From: Eledone cirrhosa
Lineage: Eukaryota
Length of the DNA: 64,000 nucleotides
Direction of reading: 5' to 3'
Assembly: GCA_964016885.1 (NCBI GenBank)
Contig: OZ024742.1
Span: forward strand, 364,808,001 to 364,872,000
Below are positions 50,601 through 64,000 of this stretch, piece after piece; within the stretch, counting starts at the first letter, position 1; every line of letters starts with the position of its first letter. The notes beneath the pieces are model-generated. The model did not search any database. It worked only from the letters and a program-made list of their open reading frames with translations, and was not told the DNA's origin. The translations under genes were made by a program, and so were the position numbers.

Positions 50601-53600
50601 ATACTGAATGAGAGAATAATACTGGGAGAGATAATTATATGTTGGTAGAGAGAATTATATATTGGGATAGAGAATTATATATTGGTAGAGAGAATTATAT
50701 ATTGGTAGAGAGAATTATATACTGGGAGTGAGAATTATATATTGCTAGAGAGAATGATATACTGGGAGAGAGAATTATATACTGGGAGAGAGAATTATAT
50801 AGTGGGAGAGAGAATTATATATTGGTAGAGAGAATTATATTTTTGGAGAGAGAATTATATAGTGGGAGAGAGAATTATATATTGGTAGACAGATTTATAT
50901 ATTAGGAGAGAGAATTATATATTGGTAGAGAGAATTATATATAGATAGAGAGAATTATATATTGGTAGAGAGACTTATATACTGGGAGACAGAATTATAT
51001 ACTGGGAGAGAGAATTATATATTGGTAGAGAGAATTATATATTGGTAGAGAGAATTATATATTGGTAGAGAGAATTATATACTGGGAGAGAGAATTATAT
51101 ATTGGTAGAGAGAATTATATATTGGGAGAGAGAATTATATACTGGGGGAAAGAATTATATACTGGGAGAGAGAATTATATATTGGGGGAGAGAATTATAT
51201 ACTGGTAGAGAGAATTATATATTGGTAGAGAGAATTATATACTGGGAGAGAGAATTATATATTGGTAGAGAGAATTATATATTGGTAGAGAGAATTATAT
51301 AGTAGGAGAGAGAATTATGTATTGGTAGAGAGAATTATATATTGATAGAGAGTATTATATACTGGGAGAGAGAATTATATATTGGTAGAGAGAATTATAT
51401 ATTGGCAGAGAGAACTATATACTGGGAGAGTGAATTATATATTGGTAGAGAGAATTATATATTGGGAGAAAGAATTATATATTGGTAGAGAGAATTATAT
51501 ACTGGGAGAGAGAATTATATATTGGTAGAGAGAATTATATATTGGTAGAGAGAATTATATAGTGGGAGAGAGAATTATATATTGGTAGAGAGAAATATAT
51601 ATTGATAGAGAGAATTATATATTTGTAGAGAGATTTATATATTGGTACAGAGAATTATATACTGGGAGAGAGAATTATATATTGGTAGAGAGAATTATAT
51701 ATTGGTAAAGAGAATTATATACTGGGAGAGAGAATTATATATTGGTAGAGAGAATTATATAGTGTTAGAGAATATTATATACTTGGAGAGAGAACTATAT
51801 ATTGGTAGAGGGTATTATATACTGCTAGAGAGAATTATATACTGGGAGAGAGAATTATATACTAGGAGAGAGAATTATATATTGGGAGAGAGAATTATAT
51901 CTTGGTAGATAGAATTATATATTGGTAGAGAGAAATATATACTGGCAGAGAGAATGATATATTGGGAGAGAGAATTATATATTGGGAGAGTGAATTATAT
52001 ATTGGTAGAGAGTATATATTGGGAGAGAGAATTATATACTGGTAGACAGAATTATATTTTGGGATATAGAAATATATACTGGTAGAGAGAATTATATATT
52101 GGTAGAGAGTATTATATATTGTGAGAGAGAATTATATACTGGGAGAGAGAATTATATATTGGTAGAGAGAATTATATATTGGTAGAGAGTATTATATACT
52201 GACAGAGAGAATTATATTCTGGGAGAGATAGTTATATATTGGTAGAGGGAATTATATATTGTGAGAGAGAATTATATATTGGTAGAGAGAATTATATACT
52301 GGGAGAGAGAATTATATACTGGGAGAGAGAATTATATACTGGGATAGAAAATTATATATTGGTAGAGAGTATTATATACTGGGAGAGAGAATTATATATT
52401 GGTAGAGAGAATTATATATTGGTAAAGAGAATTATATACTGGGAGAGAGAATTATATATTGGTAGAAAGAATTATATATTGGTAGAGAATATTATATACT
52501 GGGACAGAGAACTATATATTGGTAGAGAGAAATATATACTGGGATAGAGAATTATATATTGGTAGAGAGTATTATATATTGGTAGAAAGAAGTATATATT
52601 CGTAGCGAGAATTATATATTGGTAGAGAGAATTATATACTGGTAGAGAGAATTATATATTGGGAGAGAGAAATATATACAGGTAGAGAGAATTATATATC
52701 GGTAGAGAGTATTATATATTGGGAGGGAGAATTATATACTGGGAGAAAGAATTATATGTTGGTAGAGAGAAGTATATATTGGTAGAGAGTATTATATCCT
52801 GAGAGAGAGAATTATATACTGGGAGAGATAATTATATATTGGTAGAGAGTATTATATACTATGAGAGAGAATTATATACTGGTAGAGAGAGTTATTTATT
52901 GGTAGAGAGAATTATATACTGGGGGAGAGTATTATATATTGGTAGAGAATATTATATACTGGGAGAGAGAACTATATCTTGGTAGAGACAATTATATACT
53001 GGGAGATATACTTATATACTGGGAGAGAGAATTATATATTGTGAGAGAGAATTATATATTGGTAGAGAGTATTATATATTGGTAGAGAATATTATATATT
53101 GGGAGAGAGAATTATATATTGGGAGAGAGAATTATATATTGGTAGAAAGAAATATATACTGGTAGAGAGAATTATATATTGGTAGAGAGAATTATATATT
53201 GGGAGAGAGAAATATATACTGGTAGAGAGAATTATATATTCGTAGAGAATATTATATATTGGTAGAGAGAATTATATATTGGCAGAGATAATTGTATGTT
53301 GGTAGAGAGAATTATATATTGGGAGAGAGAACTATATACTGGGAGAGAGAATTATATACTGGGAGAGAGAATTATATATTGGTAGAGAGAATAATATACG
53401 GGGAGAGAGAATTATATATTGGGAGAGAGAACTATATACTGGGAGAGAGAATTATATACTGGGAGAGGAAATTCTATACTGGAAGAGAGAATTATATATT
53501 GGTAGAGAGAATTATATACTGGTAAAGAGAATTATATATTGGTAGAGACAATTATATACTGGGAGAGAGAATTAAATATTGGGAGAGAGAATTATATACT

Positions 53601-56600
53601 GGGAGAGAGAATTATATACTGGGATAGAAAATTATATATTGGTAGAGAGTATTATATACTGGGAGAGAGAATTATATATTGGTAAAGAGAATTATATACT
53701 GGGAGAGAGAATTATATATTGGTAGAAAGAATTATATATTGGTAGAGAATATTATATACTGGGACAGAGAACTATATATTGGTAGAGAGAAATATATACT
53801 GGGATAGAGAATTATATATTGGTAGAAAGAAGTATATATTGGTAGTGAGAATTATATATTGGTAGAGAGAATTATATACTGGGAGAGAGAATTATATACT
53901 GGTAGAGAGAATTATATACTGGGAGTGAGAATTATATACTGGTAGACAGAATTATATATTGGGAGAGAGAATGATATATTGGGAGAGATAATGATATATT
54001 GGTAGAGAGTATATATTGGGAGAGAGATTTATATACTGGTAGACAGAATTATATATTGGGAGAGAGAAATATATACTGGTAGAGAGAATTATAAATCGGT
54101 AGAGAGTATTATATATTGGGAGGGAGAATTATATACTGGGAGAGAGAATTATATGTTGGTAGAGAGAATTATATATTGGGAGAGAGTATTATATACTGAG
54201 AGAGAGAATTACATACTGGGAGAGATAATTATATATTGGTAGAGAGTATTATATACTATGAGAGAGAATTATATACTGGTAGAGAGAGTTATTTATTGGT
54301 AGAGAGAATTATATACTGGGGGAGAGTATTATATATTGGTAGAGAATATTATATACTGGGAGAGAGAACTATATCTTGTTAGACACAATTATATACTGGG
54401 AGAGATACTTATATACTGGGAGAGAGAATTATATATTGTGAGAGAGAATTATGTATTGGTAGAGAGAATTATATATTGGTAGAGAGTATTATATATTGGT
54501 AGAGAATATTATATATTGGGAGAGAGAATTATATATTGGGAGAGAGAATTATATATTGGTAGAAAGAAATATATACTGGTAGAGAGAATTATATATTGGT
54601 AGAGAGAATGATATACTGTTAGACAGAATTATATATTGGGAGAGAGTATTATATACTGGGAGAGAGAATTATATATTGGCAGACAGAATTATATACTGGT
54701 AGAGAGTATTATATATTGGGAGAGAGAATTATATATTGGTAGAGAGAATTATTTATTGGTAGAGAGAAATATATACTGGTAGAAAGAATTATATATTGGT
54801 AGAAAGAATTATATACTATTAGACAGAATTATATATTGGGAGAGAGTATTATATACTGGGAGAGAGAATTAAATATTGGTAGAGAGAATTATATATTGGT
54901 AGACAGAATTATATATTGGTAGATAGTATTATATACTGGGAGAGAGAATTATATACTGGGAGAGATAATTATATATTGGTAGAGAGAATTATATATTTGT
55001 AGACAGAATTATATATTGGTAGAGAGTATTATATACTGGGAGAGAGAATTATATATGGGTAGAGAGAATTATATACTGGTAGACAGAATTATATATTGTG
55101 AGAGAGAATTATATATTGGTAGAGAGAATTATATGTTGGTAGAGAGAGTTATATACTGGGAGATAAGAATTATATATTGGTAGAGAGTATTATATACTGG
55201 GAGAGAGAATTATATAATGGGAGATAGAATTATATAATGGGGAGAGAATTATATATTGGTAGAGAGTATTATATACTATGAGAGAGTATTATATATTGGG
55301 AGAGAGAATTATATATTGGTAGAGAGAATTATATACTGGGAGAGAGAATTATATATTGGTAGAGAGAATTATATATTGGGAGAGAGAAATATATATTGGG
55401 GGAGAGAATTATATATTGGCAGAGAGAATTATATATTGGTAGAGAGAATTATATACTGGGAGAGAGAATTATATATTGGTAGAGAGAATTATATTTTGGG
55501 AGAGAGAATTATATATTGGGAGACAGAACTATATATTGGTAGAGAGAATTATATACTGGGAGAGAGAATTATATATTGGCAGACAGAATTATATATTGGT
55601 AGAGAGTATTATATATTGGTAGAGAATATTATATATTGGGAGAGAGAATTATATATTGGGAGAGAGAATTATATATTGGTAGAAAGAAATATATACTGGT
55701 AGAGAGAATTATATATTGGTAGAGAGAATTATATATTGGGAGAGAGAAATATATACTGGTAGAGAGAATTATATATTCGTAGAGAATATTATATATTGGT
55801 AGAGAGAATTATATATTGGCAGAGATAATTGTATGTTGGTAGAGAGAATTATATATTGGGAGAGAGAACTATATACTGGGAGAGAGAATTATATACTGGG
55901 AGAGAGAATTATATATTGGTAGAGAGAATAATATACGGGGAGAGAGAATTATATATTGGGAGAGAGAACTATATACTGGGAGAGAGAATTATATACTGGG
56001 AGAGGAAATTCTATACTGGAAGAGAGAATTATATATTGGTAGAGAGAATTATATACTGGTAAAGAGAATTATATATTGGTAGAGACAATTATATACTGGG
56101 AGAGAGAATTAAATATTGGGAGAGAGAATTATATACTGGGAGAGAGAATTATATACTGGGATAGAAAATTATATATTGGTAGAGAGTATTATATACTGGG
56201 AGAGAGAATTATATATTGGTAAAGAGAATTATATACTGGGAGAGAGAATTATATATTGGTAGAAAGAATTATATATTGGTAGAGAATATTATATACTGGG
56301 ACAGAGAACTATATATTGGTAGAGAGAAATATATACTGGGATAGAGAATTATATATTGGTAGAAAGAAGTATATATTGGTAGTGAGAATTATATATTGGT
56401 AGAGAGAATTATATACTGGGAGAGAGAATTATATACTGGTAGAGAGAATTATATACTGGGAGTGAGAATTATATACTGGTAGACAGAATTATATATTGGG
56501 AGAGAGAATGATATATTGGGAGAGATAATGATATATTGGTAGAGAGTATATATTGGGAGAGAGATTTATATACTGGTAGACAGAATTATATATTGGGAGA

Positions 56601-59600
56601 GAGAAATATATACTGGTAGAGAGAATTATAAATCGGTAGAGAGTATTATATATTGGGAGGGAGAATTATATACTGGGAGAGAGAATTATATGTTGGTAGA
56701 GAGAATTATATATTGGGAGAGAGTATTATATACTGAGAGAGAGAATTACATACTGGGAGAGATAATTATATATTGGTAGAGAGTATTATATACTATGAGA
56801 GAGAATTATATACTGGTAGAGAGAGTTATTTATTGGTAGAGAGAATTATATACTGGGGGAGAGTATTATATATTGGTAGAGAATATTATATACTGGGAGA
56901 GAGAACTATATCTTGTTAGACACAATTATATACTGGGAGAGATACTTATATACTGGGAGAGAGAATTATATATTGTGAGAGAGAATTATGTATTGGTAGA
57001 GAGAATTATATATTGGTAGAGAGTATTATATATTGGTAGAGAATATTATATATTGGGAGAGAGAATTATATATTGGGAGAGAGAATTATATATTGGTAGA
57101 AAGAAATATATACTGGTAGAGAGAATTATATATTGGTAGAGAGAATGATATACTGTTAGACAGAATTATATATTGGGAGAGAGTATTATATACTGGGAGA
57201 GAGAATTATATATTGGCAGACAGAATTATATACTGGTAGAGAGTATTATATATTGGGAGAGAGAATTATATATTGGTAGAGAGAATTATTTATTGGTAGA
57301 GAGAAATATATACTGGTAGAAAGAATTATATATTGGTAGAAAGAATTATATACTATTAGACAGAATTATATATTGGGAGAGAGTATTATATACTGGGAGA
57401 GAGAATTAAATATTGGTAGAGAGAATTATATATTGGTAGACAGAATTATATATTGGTAGATAGTATTATATACTGGGAGAGAGAATTATATACTGGGAGA
57501 GATAATTATATATTGGTAGAGAGAATTATATATTTGTAGACAGAATTATATATTGGTAGAGAGTATTATATACTGGGAGAGAGAATTATATATGGGTAGA
57601 GAGAATTATATACTGGTAGACAGAATTATATATTGTGAGAGAGAATTATATATTGGTAGAGAGAATTATATGTTGGTAGAGAGAGTTATATACTGGGAGA
57701 TAAGAATTATATATTGGTAGAGAGTATTATATACTGGGAGAGAGAATTATATAATGGGAGATAGAATTATATAATGGGGAGAGAATTATATATTGGTAGA
57801 GAGTATTATATACTATGAGAGAGTATTATATATTGGGAGAGAGAATTATATATTGGTAGAGAGAATTATATACTGGGAGAGAGAATTATATATTGGTAGA
57901 GAGAATTATATATTGGGAGAGAGAAATATATATTGGGGGAGAGAATTATATATTGGCAGAGAGAATTATATATTGGTAGAGAGAATTATATACTGGGAGA
58001 GAGAATTATATATTGGTAGAGAGAATTATATTTTGGGAGAGAGAATTATATATTGGGAGACAGAACTATATATTGGTAGAGAGAATTATATACTGGGAGA
58101 GAGAATTATATATTGGCAGACAGAATTATATATTGGTAGAGAGTATTATATATTGGTAGACAGAAGTATGTACTGTTAGACAGAATTATATGCCGGTAAA
58201 GAGAATTATATATTGGTAGAGAGGATATATATTGGTAGAGATAATTATATACTGGGAGAGAGAATTAAATATTGGTAGAGAGTATTATATATTGGTAGAG
58301 AGAATTATATATTGGTAGAGAGAATTATATATTGGGAAAGGAAATTATATACTGGTAGAGAGAATTATATATTCGTAGAGAATATTATATATTGGTAGAG
58401 AGAATTATATATTGGCAGAGAGAATTATATATTGGTAGAGAGAATTATATATTGGGAGAGAGAACTATATACTGGGAGAGAGAATTATATACTGGGAGAG
58501 AGAATTATATATTGGTAGGGAGAATTATATATTGGGAGAGAGAATAATATACTGGGAGAGAGAATTATATATTGGGAGAGAGAACTATATACTGGGAGAG
58601 AGAATTATATATTGGGAAAGAGAATTATATATTGGGAGAGGGAATTATATACTGGGAGAGAGAATTATATACTGGGAGAGAGAATTATATACTGGGATAG
58701 AAAATTATATATTGGTAGAGAGTATTATATACTGGGAGAGAGAATTATATATTGGTAGAGAGAATTATATATTGGTAAAGAGAATTATATACTGGGAGAG
58801 AGAATTATATATTGGTAGAAAGAATTATATATTGGTAGAGAATATTATATACTGGGACAGAGAACTATATATTGGTAGAGAGAAATATATACTGGGATAG
58901 AGAATTATATATTGGTAGAGAGTATTATATATTGGTAGAAAGAAGTATATATTCGTAGCGAGAATTATATATTGGTAGAGAGAATTATATACTGGTAGAG
59001 AGAATTATATATTGGGAGAGAGAAATATATACTGGTAGAGAGAATTATATATCGGTAGAGAGTATTATATATTGGGAGGGAGAATTATATACTGGGAGAA
59101 AGAATTATATGTTGGTAGAGAGAAGTATATATTGGTAGAGAGTATTATATACTGAGAGAGAGAATTATATACTGGGAGAGATAATTATATATTGGTAGAG
59201 AGTATTATATACTATGAGAGAGAATTATATACTGGTAGAGAGAGTTATTTATTGGTAGAGAGAATTATATACTGGGGGAGAGTATTATGTATTGGTAGAG
59301 AATATTATATACTGGGAGAGAGAACTATATCTTGGTAGAGACAATTATATACTGGGAGATATACTTATATACTGGGAGAGAGAATTATATATTGTGAGAG
59401 AGAATTATATATTGGTAGAGAGTATTATATATTGGTAGAGAATATTATATATTGGGAGAGAGAATTATATATTGGGAGAGAGAATTATATATTGGTAGAA
59501 AGAAATATATACTGGTAGAGAGAATTATATATTGGTAGAGAGAATTATATATTGGGAGAGAGAAATATATACTGGTAGAGAGAATTATATATTCGTAGAG

Positions 59601-62600
59601 AATATTATATATTGGTAGAGAGAATTATATATTGGCAGAGAGAATTGTATGTTGGTAGAGAGAATTATATATTGGGAGAGAGAACTATATACTGGGAGAG
59701 AGAATTATATACTGGGAGAGAGAATTATATATTGGTAGAGAGAATAATATACGGGGAGAGAGAATTATATATTGGGAGAGAGAACTATATACTGGGAGAG
59801 AGAATTATATACTGGGAGAGGAAATTCTATACTGGAAGAGAGAATTATATATTGGTAGAGAGAATTATATACTGGTAAAGAGAATTATATATTGGTAGAG
59901 ACAATTATATACTGGGAGAGAGAATTAAATATTGGGAGAGAGAATTATATACTGGGAGAGAGAATTATATACTGGGATAGAAAATTATATATTGGTAGAG
60001 AGTATTATATACTGGGAGAGAGAATTATATATTGGTAAAGAGAATTATATACTGGGAGAGAGAATTATATATTGGTAGAAAGAATTATATATTGGTAGAG
60101 AATATTATATACTGGGACAGAGAACTATATATTGGTAGAGAGAAATATATACTGGGATAGAGAATTATATATTGGTAGAAAGAAGTATATATTGGTAGTG
60201 AGAATTATATATTGGTAGAGATAATGATATATTGGTAGAGAGTATATATTGGGAGAGAGATTTATATACTGGTAGACAGAATTATATATTGGGAGAGAGA
60301 AATATATACTGGTAGAGAGAATTATAAATCGGTAGAGAGTATTATATATTGGGAGGGAGAATTATATACTGGGAGAGAGAATTATATGTTGGTAGAGAGA
60401 ATTATATATTGGGAGAGAGTATTATATACTGAGAGAGAGAATTACATACTGGGAGAGATAATTATATATTGGTAGAGAGTATTATATACTATGAGAGAGA
60501 ATTATATACTGGTAGAGAGAGTTATTTATTGGTAGAGAGAATTATATACTGGGGGAGAGTATTATATATTGGTAGAGAATATTATATACTGGGAGAGAGA
60601 ACTATATCTTGTTAGACACAATTATATACTGGGAGAGATACTTATATACTGGGAGAGAGAATTATATATTGTGAGAGAGAATTATGTATTGGTAGAGAGA
60701 ATTATATATTGGTAGAGAGTATTATATATTGGTAGAGAATATTATATATTGGGAGAGAGAATTATATATTGGGAGAGAGAATTATATATTGGTAGAAAGA
60801 AATATATACTGGTAGAGAGAATTATATATTGGTAGAGAGAATGATATACTGTTAGACAGAATTATGTATTGGGAGAGAGTATTATATACTGGGAGAGAGA
60901 ATTATATATTGGCAGACAGAATTATATACTGGTAGAGAGTATTATATATTGGGAGAGAGAATTATATATTGGTAGAGAGAATTATTTATTGGTAGAGAGA
61001 AATATATACTGCTAGAAAGAATTATATATTGGTAGAAAGAATTATATACTATTAGACAGAATTATATATTGGGAGAGAGTATTATATACTGGGAGAGAGA
61101 ATTAAATATTGGTAGAGAGAATTATATATTGGTAGACAGAATTATATATTGGTAGATAGTATTATATACTGGGAGAGAGAATTATATACTGGGAGAGATA
61201 ATTATATATTGGTAGAGAGAATTATATATTTGTAGACAGAATTATATATTGGTAGAGAGTATTATATACTGGGAGAGAGAATTTTATATGGGTAGAGAGA
61301 ATTATATACTGGTAGACAGAATTATATATTGTGAGAGAGAATTATATATTGGTAGAGAGAATTATATGTTGGTAGAGAGAGTTATATACTGGGAGATAAG
61401 AATTATATATTGGTAGAGAGTATTATATACTGGGAGAGAGAATTATATAATGGGAGATAGAATTATATAATGGGGAGAGAATTATATATTGGTAGAGAGT
61501 ATTATATACTATGAGAGAGTATTATATATTGGGAGAGAGAATTATATATTGGTAGAGAGAATTATATACTGGGAGAGAGAATTATATATTGGTAGAGAGA
61601 ATTATATTTTGGGAGAGAGAATTATATATTGGGAGACAGAACTATATATTGGTAGAGAGAATTATATACTGGGAGAGAGAATTATATATTGGCAGACAGA
61701 ATTATATATTGGTAGAGAGTATTATATATTGGTAGACAGAAGTATGTACTGTTAGACAGAATTATATGCCGGTAAAGAGAATTATATATTGGTAGAGAGG
61801 ATATATATTGGTAGAGATAATTATATACTGGGAGAGAGAATTAAATATTGGCAGAGAGTATTATATATTGGTAGAGAGAATTATATATTGGTAGAGAGAA
61901 TTATATATTGGGAAAGGAAATTATATACTGGTAGAGAGAATTATATATTCGTAGAGAATATTATATATTGGTAGAGAGAATTATATATTGGCAGAGAGAA
62001 TTATATATTGGTAGAGAGAATTATATATTGGGAGAGAGAACTATATACTGGGAGAGAGAATTATATACTGGGAGAGAGAATTATATATTGGTAGGGAGAA
62101 TTATATATTGGGAGAGAGAATAATATACTGGGAGAGAGAATTATATATTGGGAGAGAGAACTATATACTGGGAGAGAGAATTATATATTGGGAAAGAGAA
62201 TTATATATTGGGAGAGGGAATTATATACTGGGAGAGAGAATTATATACTGGGAGAGAGAATTATATACTGGGATAGAAAATTATATATTGGTAGAGAGTA
62301 TTATATACTGGGAGAGAGAATTATATATTGGTAGAGAGAATTATATATTGGTAAAGAGAATTATATACTGGGAGAGAGAATTATATATTGGTAGAAAGAA
62401 TTATATATTGGTAGAGAATATTATATACTGGGACAGAGAACTATATATTGGTAGAGAGAAATATATACTGGGATAGAGAATTATATATTGGTAGAGAGTA
62501 TTATATATTGGTAGAAAGAAGTATATATTCGTAGCGAGAATTATATATTGGTAGAGAGAATTATATACTGGTAGAGAGAATTATATATTGGGAGAGAGAA

Positions 62601-64000
62601 ATATATACTGGTAGAGAGAATTATATATCGGTAGAGAGTATTATATATTGGGAGGGAGAATTATATACTGGGAGAAAGAATTATATGTTGGTAGAGAGAA
62701 GTATATATTGGTAGAGAGTATTATATACTGAGAGAGAGAATTATATACTGGGAGAGATAATTATATATTGGTAGAGAGTATTATATACTATGAGAGAGAA
62801 TTATATACTGGTAGAGAGAGTTATTTATTGGTAGAGAGAATTATATACTGGGGGAGAGTATTATATATTGGTAGAGAATATTATATACTGGGAGAGAGAA
62901 CTATATCTTGGTAGAGACAATTATATACTGGGAGATATACTTATATACTGGGAGAGAGAATTATATATTGTGAGAGAGAATTATATATTGGTAGAGAGTA
63001 TTATATATTGGTAGAGAATATTATATATTGGGAGAGAGAATTATATATTGGGAGAGAGAATTATATATTGGTAGAAAGAAATATATACTGGTAGAGAGAA
63101 TTATATATTGGTAGAGAGAATTATATATTGGGAGAGAGAAATATATACTGGTAGAGAGAATTATATATTCGTAGAGAATATTATATATTGGTAGAGAGAA
63201 TTATATATTGGCAGAGAGAATTGTATGTTGGTAGAGAGAATTATATATTGGGAGAGAGAACTATATACTGGGAGAGAGAATTATATACTGGGAGAGAGAA
63301 TTATATATTGGTAGAGAGAATAATATACGGGGAGAGAGAATTATATATTGGGAGAGAGAACTATATACTGGGAGAGAGAATTATATACTGGGAGAGGAAA
63401 TTCTATACTGGAAGAGAGAATTATATATTGGTAGAGAGAATTATATACTGGTAAAGAGAATTATATATTGGTAGAGACAATTATATACTGGGAGAGAGAA
63501 TTAAATATTGGGAGAGAGAATTATATACTGGGAGAGAGAATTATATACTGGGATAGAAAATTATATATTGGTAGAGAGTATTATATACTGGGAGAGAGAA
63601 TTATATATTGGTAAAGAGAATTATATACTGGGAGAGAGAATTATATATTGGTAGAAAGAATTATATATTGGTAGAGAATATTATATACTGGGACAGAGAA
63701 CTATATATTGGTAGAGAGAAATATATACTGGGATAGAGAATTATATATTGGTAGAAAGAAGTATATATTGGTAGTGAGAATTATATATTGGTAGAGATAA
63801 TTATATACTGGGAGAGAGAATTATATACTGGTAGAGAGAATTATATACTGGGAGTGAGAATTATATACTGGTAGACAGAATTATATATTGGGAGAGAGAA
63901 TGATATATTGGGAGAGATAATGATATATTGGTAGAGAGTATATATTGGGAGAGAGATTTATATACTGGTAGACAGAATTATATATTGGGAGAGAGAAATA
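29670..64000. repeat. 20-bp tandem satellite array (>34 kb, ~1,700 monomers) with higher-order duplications, running off the window end
   Basis: Consensus AGAGAGAATTATATA(T/C)TGG(T/G). Single orientation throughout, with occasional 18-22-bp variants. No inserted elements seen. Confidence 0.98.

Noticed and set aside
29670-64000. Dozens of ORFs of the type ERIIYWERELYIGRENYILG
   Set aside because: They are translations of a 20-bp satellite (3 monomers = 20 codons) and are interrupted by frequent TAG stops. No coding signal.
29670-64000. CRISPR array or telomeric repeat interpretation
   Set aside because: There are no unique spacers and no cas genes, the context is eukaryotic, and the unit is not a TTAGGG/TTAGG-type repeat.

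Overview
Repeat-dominated, AT-rich eukaryotic (animal) genomic DNA. The repeat mix suggests an invertebrate, possibly a cephalopod such as Octopus, but that is inference only. No host protein-coding gene can be supported. Positions 1-29.6 kb are a mosaic of (TA)n/(GT)n/(GATA)n microsatellites, tRNA-derived SINE copies and decayed RTE-type LINE fragments. This part also holds a Penelope-like element (RT plus GIY-YIG, with a Naiad-type CxC-x5-CP-x4-C linker) forming a ~1.44-kb inverted repeat, and three head-to-tail Tx1/L1-clade LINE copies each bounded by (GATA)n. Reading the non-coding DNA by eye shows about 8-9 different type I hammerhead ribozyme motifs in the first 17 kb. Nearly all have a palindromic stem III and many sit next to fold-backs and (TA)n tracts. 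From ~29.67 kb to the end of the window (>34 kb) is a 20-bp satellite, consensus AGAGAGAATTATATA(T/C)TGG(T/G), with kilobase-scale higher-order duplications. All ORFs in the microsatellites and the satellite are artefacts.
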